64,000 bases of DNA from a virus, in the IMG/VR virus record IMGVR_UViG_3300005805_000046, positions 89,586 to 153,585 of that record; one strand, given 5' to 3'. The position numbers were made by a program, and so were the translations under genes. A model generated the notes under the pieces. The model did no database searches, was not told the origin of the DNA, and saw only the letters and a program-made list of their open reading frames with translations. Positions 16,009 through 24,428 of the stretch are shown here, one piece after another (positions within the stretch are counted from its first letter, which is position 1; every line of letters begins with the position of its first letter).

Positions 16009-16299
16009 TTTCTTTTCCTTTGGGGTTGTGTGCATTGTACCAATATTCTTTTGTGTGTCAAGTCTTAGAGAATCGTACCATCACCACGAATACGATACAT
16101 GATTCCACCGATACTATACAGGCAGATACCTTCGCCCATATTCTGAACAAACGTAGCCGAATATCCGTGGCGAGCAACCAACCGGCGAATCGTATTTTGC
16201 ACTTGGATCGTCATTTGCTTTCTCTCTTTCTTATGTCCCAATTATACCAATATAATCGTCAGGAGTCAAATACTATCTTTAAAATATTCTTAAATTGCT

Positions 16300-16344
16300 C
16301 CTAAACTCTTACAGCATAAGGAGTTACGTCAAGCGGAGGGGGGG
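16300..16344. repeat. Truncated terminal copy of the element (left palindrome plus partial spacer ending in a G run)
   Basis: cctaaactcttacagcataaggagttacg tcaagcgga ggggggg. Confidence 0.75.
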
Positions 16345-16445
16345 TTTTTTTGTTTCTGGCTATCATTTGTGGAATTTCAGGAAAATCGCCGGGTGGTCCA
16401 AACATAGTAGGGAGCTCATATAATAATTGGCCAGTTTATTAGCCA

Positions 16446-17690
16446 TTATATTATTCTCCTAATTCTCTTGAAGCCTATAACCTTAAGCTCCCCCGTATCT
16501 TTATTCTCAGCCACCACCTTAACCTCGTTCCATCCTCTAGCGAACATTCTACGGTTTAGCCTAACGTCGAACCCATGGTTACCATCGCCCCAGTGTTTTA
16601 GGTCGTTTCGATATCTATTAGAGTCCGCAACACTAGCGACACGGTCATTAATTAAAATCTTGATCCGTATCCTATCATGAATCCTATCAGAGTCTAAAGT
16701 CCACCCACGAACTCTATTGATATTCAATATGTCCACTCGTCCCACGATCCTTTCATTCCAACTTTTAATAACCACGGGCAAAGATGGAGCTATAGCTTTA
16801 AATGCAGCATCGTCTAATGCTCTACTAGCATTTAAAGATCCTCCACTACTTACCTTATCGGCCAATCCCACACTAATATCAGCACTACTAAAAATTTTCG
16901 ATCTAATATCCTCAACACCCATAGACCCGTATTTCCTGCATAATGCTGCTATTGTTCCTGTTACCTGAGGAGCAGCCATACTAGTACCACTTAAACTACC
17001 ATACCTATTGCCCGGTAGCGTTGAATATATGGCCGTACCCCTAGCCGCAATATCCACACTATTTTTTCCATAATTAGAAAATCCCGCTAGCGTTGCGTTG
17101 TCTGACCCACAAGCAGCCACAGCAATAATATTAGACTGAGAGTATGAACTGGGATATCTAGGTACAGAGTCATTATCAGACCCACTGTTTCCAGCAGCGC
17201 TCACAAAAACTATATTAGCCTCACTAGCTCTTGTTATAGCGCCATCTAATGAGCTTGAATAACCAGTAGTTCCACCCCAGCTATTATTAATCGCTACCAC
17301 ATCCACTCCAAAATTCTTTTTCATCATCACAATATAATCTATAGACCTTATAGCATCGCCCGTAAAACCAAATCCACTATCATCCTGAAACTTCAATACC
17401 ATTATATTAACAGCCCCATAACTAGCTACTATCCCACCCACATGAGTACCATGACCATACCCATCCTGCACCACATTATTATTTCCACTAAAATTCCATC
17501 CATATATATCGTCCACATATCCGTTGTTATCGTCATCAATATTATTATCTACGATTTCTCCAGGATTTTTCCACAAACTATCCTTTAATGCTTCGTGATT
17601 AACGTCGATTCCACTATCTATAATCGCCACAATAGGAGTTAACAGAGACCTATTTTCCAGATTTTCTATCCCTAGAGTAGTCTTTTTCAT
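16446..17690 (-). CDS. S8 subtilisin-like serine protease with planctomycete-type N-terminal motif
   Basis: Triad motifs IIDSG, GHGTHVGG, GTSMAAP; oxyanion AAGN; N-terminus LGIENLENRSLL. Confidence 0.9.
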   Translation of the reverse strand: MKKTTLGIENLENRSLLTPIVAIIDSGIDVNHEALKDSLWKNPGEIVDNNIDDDNNGYVDDIYGWNFSGNNNVVQDGYGHGTHVGGIVASYGAVNIMVLKFQDDSGFGFTGDAIRSIDYIVMMKKNFGVDVVAINNSWGGTTGYSSSLDGAITRASEANIVFVSAAGNSGSDNDSVPRYPSSYSQSNIIAVAACGSDNATLAGFSNYGKNSVDIAARGTAIYSTLPGNRYGSLSGTSMAAPQVTGTIAALCRKYGSMGVEDIRSKIFSSADISVGLADKVSSGGSLNASRALDDAAFKAIAPSLPVVIKSWNERIVGRVDILNINRVRGWTLDSDRIHDRIRIKILINDRVASVADSNRYRNDLKHWGDGNHGFDVRLNRRMFARGWNEVKVVAENKDTGELKVIGFKRIRRII

Positions 17691-17764
17691 GGTCGAGTCC
17701 TTTCGAAACTTTGTGACATTTTTGCCGCCAAATCCACTTTATCATAAAATTTCGCAAAGTCAAT

Positions 17765-17793
17765 AAAAAAAGCAGGCCGAAGCCTGCTGTTTT
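17765..17793 (-). terminator. Intrinsic terminator (possibly bidirectional)
   Basis: AGCAGGC-CGAA-GCCTGCT hairpin flanked by an A-tract and a T-tract. Confidence 0.75.
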
Positions 17794-17794
17794 A

Positions 17795-18082
17795 CTAGTA
17801 TCTTCTATGATTCTCAAACCACCAACACCGGTGCCTTTGTATCACAGGCGCGGGCTGATGAACAACCTCAACATAGCTAACATATGGATAGTAATATACA
17901 GGGGCCGGTTGCTGAATTACTGTTGTAACAGGAACCCATAAGGTTTGAGGGGTTGGCACATTTACAATAACCGGAGCCGGAGCGTAAACATATGGATAAT
18001 AGGCCGAGACCCACTCATTAGCATATGATCGGTTTCCGGCCATACAAAACATAATCATCAGAGCTAGCAGTATCGTTTTCAT
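17795..18082 (-). CDS. Secreted Tyr/Pro/Val-rich protein
   Basis: Signal peptide MKTILLALMIMFCMAG..SYA; YYPY and PAPV repeats. Confidence 0.65.
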   Translation of the reverse strand: MKTILLALMIMFCMAGNRSYANEWVSAYYPYVYAPAPVIVNVPTPQTLWVPVTTVIQQPAPVYYYPYVSYVEVVHQPAPVIQRHRCWWFENHRRY

Positions 18083-18101
18083 TTTATAGTCCTTTGTTGC
18101 T

Positions 18102-18707
18102 TTAGTTAGGTTCCGCATATATCCAGAAATGTTGTGGATGAGCTGCCGGATTTGGATGCTTAATAATAGTCGGAGATTCATATCCTAGTCTTTTAAGTTG
18201 ACCCATAACTTCCGCTTCTTTGTTATGTATTTCTATCAACCATTTAACTCTACTAAATATAGGATACGTTGCTCCAGCTAGCACATCCTCTTCCGCGCCC
18301 TCCACATCAACCTTAATAAATACTATCGATAAGTCGGAAATGTCGGCTATTTGATCAAGAGTTATCGTTTGTATATCCACAGTTTCCACAATAGGAGCCT
18401 CCGCAGCACCACATCCTCCGATTGGATGTTCCATAAGCAAAGATGTTTGAAGAGGACTATCTCTTAGATACAAGCTAAGACGTTCGCTCCTTGAAGATAC
18501 AGCAGCATTTTTACAAATAACATTACTAGGAGGAGTAGACGCCTTGAGTTCTTTAAAAGCTCTAGGATCCGGTTCCACAGAGATCACTTGCTTGAAATAC
18601 TTGGACATTAAAGAAGACCATTCTCCAACATTAGCTCCTATATCTAGAGCTAGGCCATTAACATCACACGATTTATTCACATAGTTTTTTACCCAGTATT
18701 CGTCCAT
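18102..18707 (-). CDS. FkbM-family methyltransferase
   Basis: LDIGANVG, VEPDP and IKVDVEGAE motifs. Confidence 0.88.
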   Translation of the reverse strand: MDEYWVKNYVNKSCDVNGLALDIGANVGEWSSLMSKYFKQVISVEPDPRAFKELKASTPPSNVICKNAAVSSRSERLSLYLRDSPLQTSLLMEHPIGGCGAAEAPIVETVDIQTITLDQIADISDLSIVFIKVDVEGAEEDVLAGATYPIFSRVKWLIEIHNKEAEVMGQLKRLGYESPTIIKHPNPAAHPQHFWIYAEPN

Positions 18708-18709
18708 AC

Positions 18710-18940
18710 TTATACTGTTTCGTTGGCTGCTGTTTGCTGAGATAATATATCAGCCTTGCGAGGACGACCACGAGCCTTCTTGATCGACAACTTGCGACGT
18801 TGACGACGAACCATGCTACGAGTAACATTTTGGCCACTAATTTCCGAAAGCTTTAATGCCATAGTTTCATCATTAAAAGAATTTTGGTTTGCTTGGATAA
18901 ACTCTAGTTCGTTTGGCTGCCATTTTTTGTAATTCGCCAT
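18710..18940 (-). CDS. Small HTH-like DNA-binding protein with AT-hook
   Basis: W..ELEFI helical motif, MVRRQRRKL and RGRPRK. Confidence 0.6.
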   Translation of the reverse strand: MANYKKWQPNELEFIQANQNSFNDETMALKLSEISGQNVTRSMVRRQRRKLSIKKARGRPRKADILSQQTAANETV

Positions 18941-19020
18941 TTTTATCTCCTGGTAAATTGACCATTAGTGTATAACTGTTTATTATAGTATGTTGACCCA
19001 TATTACGCAAGAGGTTATTC

Positions 19021-19224
19021 ATGAATTCTCCCGAAAACATCAAAATGGTAGATTCTATTCTTTTTACCAAAGCGGTCGGTCATATAGCGGACGTATCCGC
19101 GGACCTATCTCTGCCAGAAGGAGCTAATATCCAAGAGCTATTAAATAATAATGAAAAAGAAACAGCCCAAAAAAACCAAGAAAACGAAAACACCGAAGAG
19201 AGCCAAGAAGAGCAAAGCTCCTAA
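19021..19224 (+). CDS. Hypothetical protein
   Basis: GAGG RBS; first gene of the plus-strand arm. Confidence 0.5.
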   Translation: MNSPENIKMVDSILFTKAVGHIADVSADLSLPEGANIQELLNNNEKETAQKNQENENTEESQEEQSS

Positions 19225-19876
19225 TAACAAGAAGCTTAGCGGAGTTGCGGAACAAGATTTTTTAACAGTTTTAGATAATATTTCTAAAAGATTAATTTAT
19301 AAGTTTAAATTTGGATATCATGATATAGACGATATGAAACAACAAGCTGCCATTTTTGCAATGGAAGGCCTAAAGCAATATGATCATAGTCGCCCTCTAG
19401 AAAACTTCTTGTGGACCCACGTTAGGAATAGACTCTTTAACTACAAAAGGAATAACTACCAAAGACCCGATAAACCATGTCTTACTTGTCCTTTATATGA
19501 CAAAATGTATAAAAACTCTAATAATCAATGTACTAAATATCTTAATAAAAACGATTGCGATTTATATGCTGCTTGGTCAACCAGAAATGAATCCAAAAAA
19601 AACATAATGAAGCCCCAGAGCTTACATAACCCACACTCCAATGAAGACTATCAAATTACAGACAATAATAATCCTGTAGAATTATCTCAAAACAAAGAAA
19701 TTATAGACTTTTTAGATAACAATATTGTTAACCCAGAACATAGAGAAACCTATCTCAAACTAAAAAATGGATGTAAAATCAGCAAACCTATGCTAGACAA
19801 GCTTAAAGTTTATATTGAAACCCTCATGAAAGATTTCAAATGTCAACAAAAATCCCCCGAAAACGAGGACAACTAA
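19151..19876 (+). CDS. Phage sigma-70-family-like factor with Cys insertion
   Basis: Region-2-like DDMKQQAAIFAMEGLKQYDHSRPLENFLWTHVRNRL; CxxC...C...C insert. Confidence 0.65.
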   Translation: MKKKQPKKTKKTKTPKRAKKSKAPNNKKLSGVAEQDFLTVLDNISKRLIYKFKFGYHDIDDMKQQAAIFAMEGLKQYDHSRPLENFLWTHVRNRLFNYKRNNYQRPDKPCLTCPLYDKMYKNSNNQCTKYLNKNDCDLYAAWSTRNESKKNIMKPQSLHNPHSNEDYQITDNNNPVELSQNKEIIDFLDNNIVNPEHRETYLKLKNGCKISKPMLDKLKVYIETLMKDFKCQQKSPENEDN

Positions 19877-20667
19877 GTCTCGAAGAAGAAAAGTTTATCC
19901 GAGATAACACAGGAACCCTCACTGTATCACAAATTGCAGAGCAGCTTAATAGGAACGAAGCTCCAATCAATAGATACATAGAGGAAAATAGACTATTCAT
20001 TCCCACAGACCAAAAGTCCGAAGATGACTCATTACGCAGAAAACTACATTCCAAAACATTCTGGCCAGAGATTGTTAGACAATTTGATGAAGAGACTGGT
20101 GAGTTACAGTATTTCGAGGATACCTGGATAGGTTTGGTTAAACAGTTCAGAGAGGACGTGCTACCAGCAGAAGAACTACAAATCAAACAATTTATTACAA
20201 TAGATATTCTGATTAATCGCTCTATGAAAGAACGCAAAAGACATATTGCTATGACAGAAAAATTACAAAAAATTGTTGATGATGAGTACGAAAAACCAGA
20301 GGACCAGAGAGACTCAGCCAAATTAATGAGCAATGAAACTCAGTTAAGCTTTGCGAGAAATAGTATTGCTAATTATACCAATGAATATACTAAACTATTA
20401 AATGAACAACAAAAAATTAGTAAAGATCTCAAGGCCACTAGAGAGCAAAGAATTAAAAGAATCGAAGACGGAAAAAGTAGCTGGGTTGGTTTAATTAGAA
20501 TGTTAGAAGATGAAGATATTAGAGAAAAAGAAGGCAAAGAGATGGAGATTATACGTATAGCTACAGAAAAAGCCAGATCCGATCTGGAGAACTATTATAC
20601 GTATGCGGATAACAATGTAGATAGACCATTCTTAACACCAGAAAGCGTAACTAAAAATAATGAATAA
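19840..20667 (+). CDS. HTH + coiled-coil protein (possible terminase small subunit)
   Basis: N-terminal LTVSQIAEQLNR HTH, then coiled coil; upstream of TerL. Confidence 0.4.
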   Translation: MSTKIPRKRGQLSLEEEKFIRDNTGTLTVSQIAEQLNRNEAPINRYIEENRLFIPTDQKSEDDSLRRKLHSKTFWPEIVRQFDEETGELQYFEDTWIGLVKQFREDVLPAEELQIKQFITIDILINRSMKERKRHIAMTEKLQKIVDDEYEKPEDQRDSAKLMSNETQLSFARNSIANYTNEYTKLLNEQQKISKDLKATREQRIKRIEDGKSSWVGLIRMLEDEDIREKEGKEMEIIRIATEKARSDLENYYTYADNNVDRPFLTPESVTKNNE

Positions 20668-21649
20668 AACAGCACTAATAACAGGAGTTAACGGACAAGA
20701 CGGATCCTATTTAGCAGAATTTTTATTAGATAAAAACTATACCGTTGTTGGTCTATATAGAAGATCTAGTACTAATAACTTGTCTCGTATAGATCATATA
20801 AAAAATCATCCTAATCTTGTTTTAGAAGAATTTGATTTGACGGACCCGTCTGGTTGCAACAGTGTTGTTGGTCGCTACAATCCAACCGAACTATATAACC
20901 TAGGCGCTCAAAGCCACGTAGGAACAAGCTTTAAGCAGCCAACAACCACATTTGAGATAGATGCTATAGGAGTTGTTAACCTATTAGAAGCAATTCGACA
21001 CTTTTCTCCAAAAACTAGATTTTATCAAGCTAGTACTAGCGAAATGTTTGGGTTCAACTATACAGTTGGTCCTTTTGGTCAAAAGTATCAGGATGAGAAT
21101 ACTCAGTTTATGCCACAGAGTCCATATGGCATTGCTAAGTTAGCAGCACACAATATGGTGAGGGTATACAGAAGCGCCTACGCTATACATGGATCTTGCG
21201 GTATTTTGTTTAACCACGAAAGCCCAAGAAGAGGCGAAAACTTTGTGACGAGAAAAATTACAAAATACATAGGCGATCTAATCAACAAAAGAATTCCAGC
21301 TGATCAAAAATTACAACTAGGAAATTTATCGGCAGAAAGAGACTGGGGACACGCTAAAGATTATGTTAGGGCCATGTGGTTAATGTTACAGCAAACCGTC
21401 CCCGAAGATTATGTAATAGCCACTGGAGAGACTAGATCGGTACAAACTTTTCTAGAGATGGCATTTGCCTCTGCTGGCTTAAACCACAACGATCACGTAG
21501 AAATCAATAGCGATCTTTTCCGTCCGGCCGAAGTAGAGTACCTCAAAGGGTTGCCAAGCAAAGCAAAAGATAATCTTAATTGGGAACCAGAAATTTCTTT
21601 TAATCAATTAGTAAAAGATATGGTACAGCATGACATCGAGAAACTATAA
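20660..21649 (+). CDS. gmd: GDP-mannose 4,6-dehydratase
   Basis: ALITGVNGQDGSYLAE, AQSHV, QASTSE, SPYGIAK, FNHESPRRG, RDWGHA. Confidence 0.95.
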   Translation: MNKTALITGVNGQDGSYLAEFLLDKNYTVVGLYRRSSTNNLSRIDHIKNHPNLVLEEFDLTDPSGCNSVVGRYNPTELYNLGAQSHVGTSFKQPTTTFEIDAIGVVNLLEAIRHFSPKTRFYQASTSEMFGFNYTVGPFGQKYQDENTQFMPQSPYGIAKLAAHNMVRVYRSAYAIHGSCGILFNHESPRRGENFVTRKITKYIGDLINKRIPADQKLQLGNLSAERDWGHAKDYVRAMWLMLQQTVPEDYVIATGETRSVQTFLEMAFASAGLNHNDHVEINSDLFRPAEVEYLKGLPSKAKDNLNWEPEISFNQLVKDMVQHDIEKL

Positions 21650-21905
21650 AGATCCACTATACAAAGAGTGGAGAAAACAAATTTATGCTAGAGACAATCA
21701 CTGTTGTCAATGGCCAGGGTGTAAAAATAAGAAAAAGTTAAATGCTCATCATATTAGAAAGTGGTCTAGCTTCCCTGGATTGCGCTTTGAACCAACAAAT
21801 GGAATAACACTGTGCAGAGATCATCATAATATGATTAAAAATCAAGAAGAAATATATGAATCTGTTTTTTATAGAATAGTAATGCAAAAATATGGTAGAT
21901 TATAA
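21630..21905 (+). CDS. HNH endonuclease
   Basis: RDNHCCQ..C...AHHI...NGITLC..HH. Confidence 0.85.
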   Translation: MTSRNYKDPLYKEWRKQIYARDNHCCQWPGCKNKKKLNAHHIRKWSSFPGLRFEPTNGITLCRDHHNMIKNQEEIYESVFYRIVMQKYGRL

Positions 21906-22371
21906 TAAATTTAAAATAATTATAGACACCAGAGAGCAACAGCCCTGGGAATTTCAAAATTGCGCTACAGCATCTCGTAAACTAGATACCGGAGACTATT
22001 CGGTAGAAGGATACGAAGATATTCTGTGTTTAGAGAGAAAAAAAAGCGTTAGCGAAATAGCCAATAACATTACTGAAAAAAGATTTAAAGATGTTATTGA
22101 TAGAATGAAACTATATAAGTATTCGTTTTTAATACTTGAATTTGATCTAGAAGATATTTTATCCTATCCAATAGGCAGCAATGTACCAAAGCATATGTGG
22201 AACAAGATAAAAATTTCTCCAGGATTCATACTAAAGCATATATTAGAACTTCAACTATATCATAATATTAAAGTATTATTTTGTGGATGTCCGACCAACG
22301 CAACAAAAATAGCAACAGCTCTTATGAAAAAGGTATTTGAAATTGAAGAATCACGACAAGAAAATATTTGA
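21892..22371 (+). CDS. ERCC4-domain nuclease
   Basis: IDTREQ, LDTGDY and ERKK motifs. Confidence 0.85.
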   Translation: MVDYNKFKIIIDTREQQPWEFQNCATASRKLDTGDYSVEGYEDILCLERKKSVSEIANNITEKRFKDVIDRMKLYKYSFLILEFDLEDILSYPIGSNVPKHMWNKIKISPGFILKHILELQLYHNIKVLFCGCPTNATKIATALMKKVFEIEESRQENI

Positions 22372-24370
22372 AGATGCCTGGTTAGGTTTAGGGGACCTAT
22401 CTAAACTATCTATTGATCACAACCAAATGATCAACAGAACCAAGGAAGATATAGAAAATCCAGATCTACACCTTTTGCGTCTTCTTAGAAATCCACTATA
22501 TTTTGGTACCACATGCAAACTATTGTTTAATATAGAACTTCATCCTATACAGGTGGCCATTCTACAAGAGTTTTGGTATAGACCATTTCCAATGTTTATC
22601 GCAAGCCGAGGCTTCGGAAAATCATTCTTGATGGGTCTATACTGTACTCTTAAAAATATTTTAATTCCAGGAACCAAAGTGGTTGTGGTTGGAGCAGCAT
22701 TTAGACAGAGTAAATTAGTCTTTGAGTATATGGAAACACTATGGAGAAACAGCCCCATATTAAGAAGTATTTTTAGCGGAAATGATGACGGTCCACGCAG
22801 AGACGTTGATCGTTGTACAATGAGACTGGGAGACAGTTGGACCATTGCTATTCCTATGGGTGACGGAAGCAAAATTAGAGGTCTCAGAGCGCACATTATT
22901 ATAGCGGACGAGTTTGCGTCTATTAGTCCTGATATCTATGAGACGGTTGTTTCGGGCTTCGCAGCGGTCTCAGCTAATCCAATACAAAACGTGAAAGAAG
23001 AAGCTAAAAAGAAAGCGATGTCTGATGTTGGACTATGGAACGAAGAACTAGAACAAGTACAAATTAAAAAGAATAACCAAGCTATTATCACTGGTACAGC
23101 AGACTACGCTTTTAAGCACTTTGCTCAGTACTGGAGAAGATACAAGGGCATTATTGAAAGCCAAGGAGATAAACAAAAACTCGAAGAGTTATTCAAAGGA
23201 GAAATACCAGATAGCTTTAATTGGAAAGATTACTCTATAATTAGAGTTCCGTACGAATTAATTCCCAAAGGCTTCATGGACGATAAACAGGTTTCAAGAG
23301 CCAAAGCCACGATTCATACCGGAATATATAATATGGAATATGCCGCATGTTTTACTGCGGATAGCGACGGCTTCTTTAGAAGAAGCCTAATAGAAGCTTG
23401 TGTAACCAACCCAGCAGAGCCGATTGTTATTTCTGGCAAACCTATTATTTTTGAACCAATGATTACCGGTAATCCAGAGTGCAAATATGTATATGGCATA
23501 GATCCGGCGTCCGAACAAGATAATTTTAGTATTGTAGTTTTAGAAATTAGACCAGATCATAATCGCATAGTGTACTGTTGGACAACTAATAGAAATAATT
23601 TTAAAGACAGACAAAAAACAGGACTAGTTAAAGAATACGATTTTTATGGATTTTGTGCTAGAAAAATACGCAACCTAATGAAAATATTTCCGTGTGCGCA
23701 GATAGGATTAGATGCCCAGGGAGGTGGAGTAGCTATTGAGGAAGCTTTGCACGATCCCTCAAAGCTAGAAGAAGGAGAAATACCGTTATGGCCAATCATA
23801 GACCCAAACAAAGACAAAGACACAGATTCTCAAGCCGGACTTCATATTATTGAACTTGTACAGTTCGCCAAGGCCGATTGGACAGCTCAGGCTAATCACG
23901 GACTTAGAAAAGATTTTGAGGATAAAGTTTTATTATTCCCTAGATTCGATGCTCTTAGTCTAGGTTTAGCTTTAGACACAGAAGGCAAAGATATACTAGA
24001 CAGTAATTTAAGTCCTGTTTATGATACATTAAGCGAATGCATACTAGAAATAGAAGAATTGAAAAACGAATTGACCACTATAGTAATGACTCAAACCAGT
24101 ACTGGTCCAAACGCGAGAGATAGATGGGACACTCCAGAGGTAAAGTTGCCAAATGGAAAAAAAGGAAGACTAAGAAAAGATAGATATAGTGCTTTATTAA
24201 TAGCCAATATGATTGCTCGTCAAATGCAAAGAGCTTTTGCTCCTCCTTCGTATGAAATTGTAGGAGGTAATTCTAAGGACATGGTTAAGCAAGACGGCCA
24301 AATGTATAAAGGTCCTGAATGGTTTACTTCAGAAGTTAATGACGCAATATATCAAGGTATATATAAATAA
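22337..24370 (+). CDS. terL: Terminase large subunit
   Basis: Walker A SRGFGKS, Walker B IIADE, IRGLR, nuclease YGIDPA and KDRYSA. Confidence 0.9.
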   Translation: MKLKNHDKKIFEDAWLGLGDLSKLSIDHNQMINRTKEDIENPDLHLLRLLRNPLYFGTTCKLLFNIELHPIQVAILQEFWYRPFPMFIASRGFGKSFLMGLYCTLKNILIPGTKVVVVGAAFRQSKLVFEYMETLWRNSPILRSIFSGNDDGPRRDVDRCTMRLGDSWTIAIPMGDGSKIRGLRAHIIIADEFASISPDIYETVVSGFAAVSANPIQNVKEEAKKKAMSDVGLWNEELEQVQIKKNNQAIITGTADYAFKHFAQYWRRYKGIIESQGDKQKLEELFKGEIPDSFNWKDYSIIRVPYELIPKGFMDDKQVSRAKATIHTGIYNMEYAACFTADSDGFFRRSLIEACVTNPAEPIVISGKPIIFEPMITGNPECKYVYGIDPASEQDNFSIVVLEIRPDHNRIVYCWTTNRNNFKDRQKTGLVKEYDFYGFCARKIRNLMKIFPCAQIGLDAQGGGVAIEEALHDPSKLEEGEIPLWPIIDPNKDKDTDSQAGLHIIELVQFAKADWTAQANHGLRKDFEDKVLLFPRFDALSLGLALDTEGKDILDSNLSPVYDTLSECILEIEELKNELTTIVMTQTSTGPNARDRWDTPEVKLPNGKKGRLRKDRYSALLIANMIARQMQRAFAPPSYEIVGGNSKDMVKQDGQMYKGPEWFTSEVNDAIYQGIYK

Positions 24371-24377
24371 GGTGTAT
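24371..24377 (+). promoter_or_regulatory. Putative late-promoter motif GGTGTAT (recurs at 26594, 27423, 29695, 33121, 52581)
   Basis: The same heptamer lies 29-70 nt upstream of several structural gene starts. Confidence 0.6.
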
Positions 24378-24428
24378 ACAGTAATCGTAATGCGATTCTA
24401 TTACAATAGAACTATATAAAATATAATT

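Larger units (their letters stand above)
716..16269 (-). promoter_or_regulatory. Array of about 20 sigma70-type early promoters (TTGACA-N16/17-TAnAAT), most with an internal CCGATA/CGAT motif
   Basis: Examples (-10 to -35 span): 716-743, 5134-5162, 6006-6033, 6950-6978, 7200-7227, 8821-8848, 9164-9192, 10032-10060, 10284-10311, 10893-10921, 11814-11841, 12241-12269, 12508-12535, 13464-13492, 14282-14310, 15132-15160, 16241-16269. Confidence 0.85.

Noticed and set aside
4407-16304. Plus-strand ORFs in the early region (e.g. 4407..5306, 7592..8281, 13792..14391)
   Set aside because: Antisense to well-supported minus-strand genes that have promoters and RBSs.
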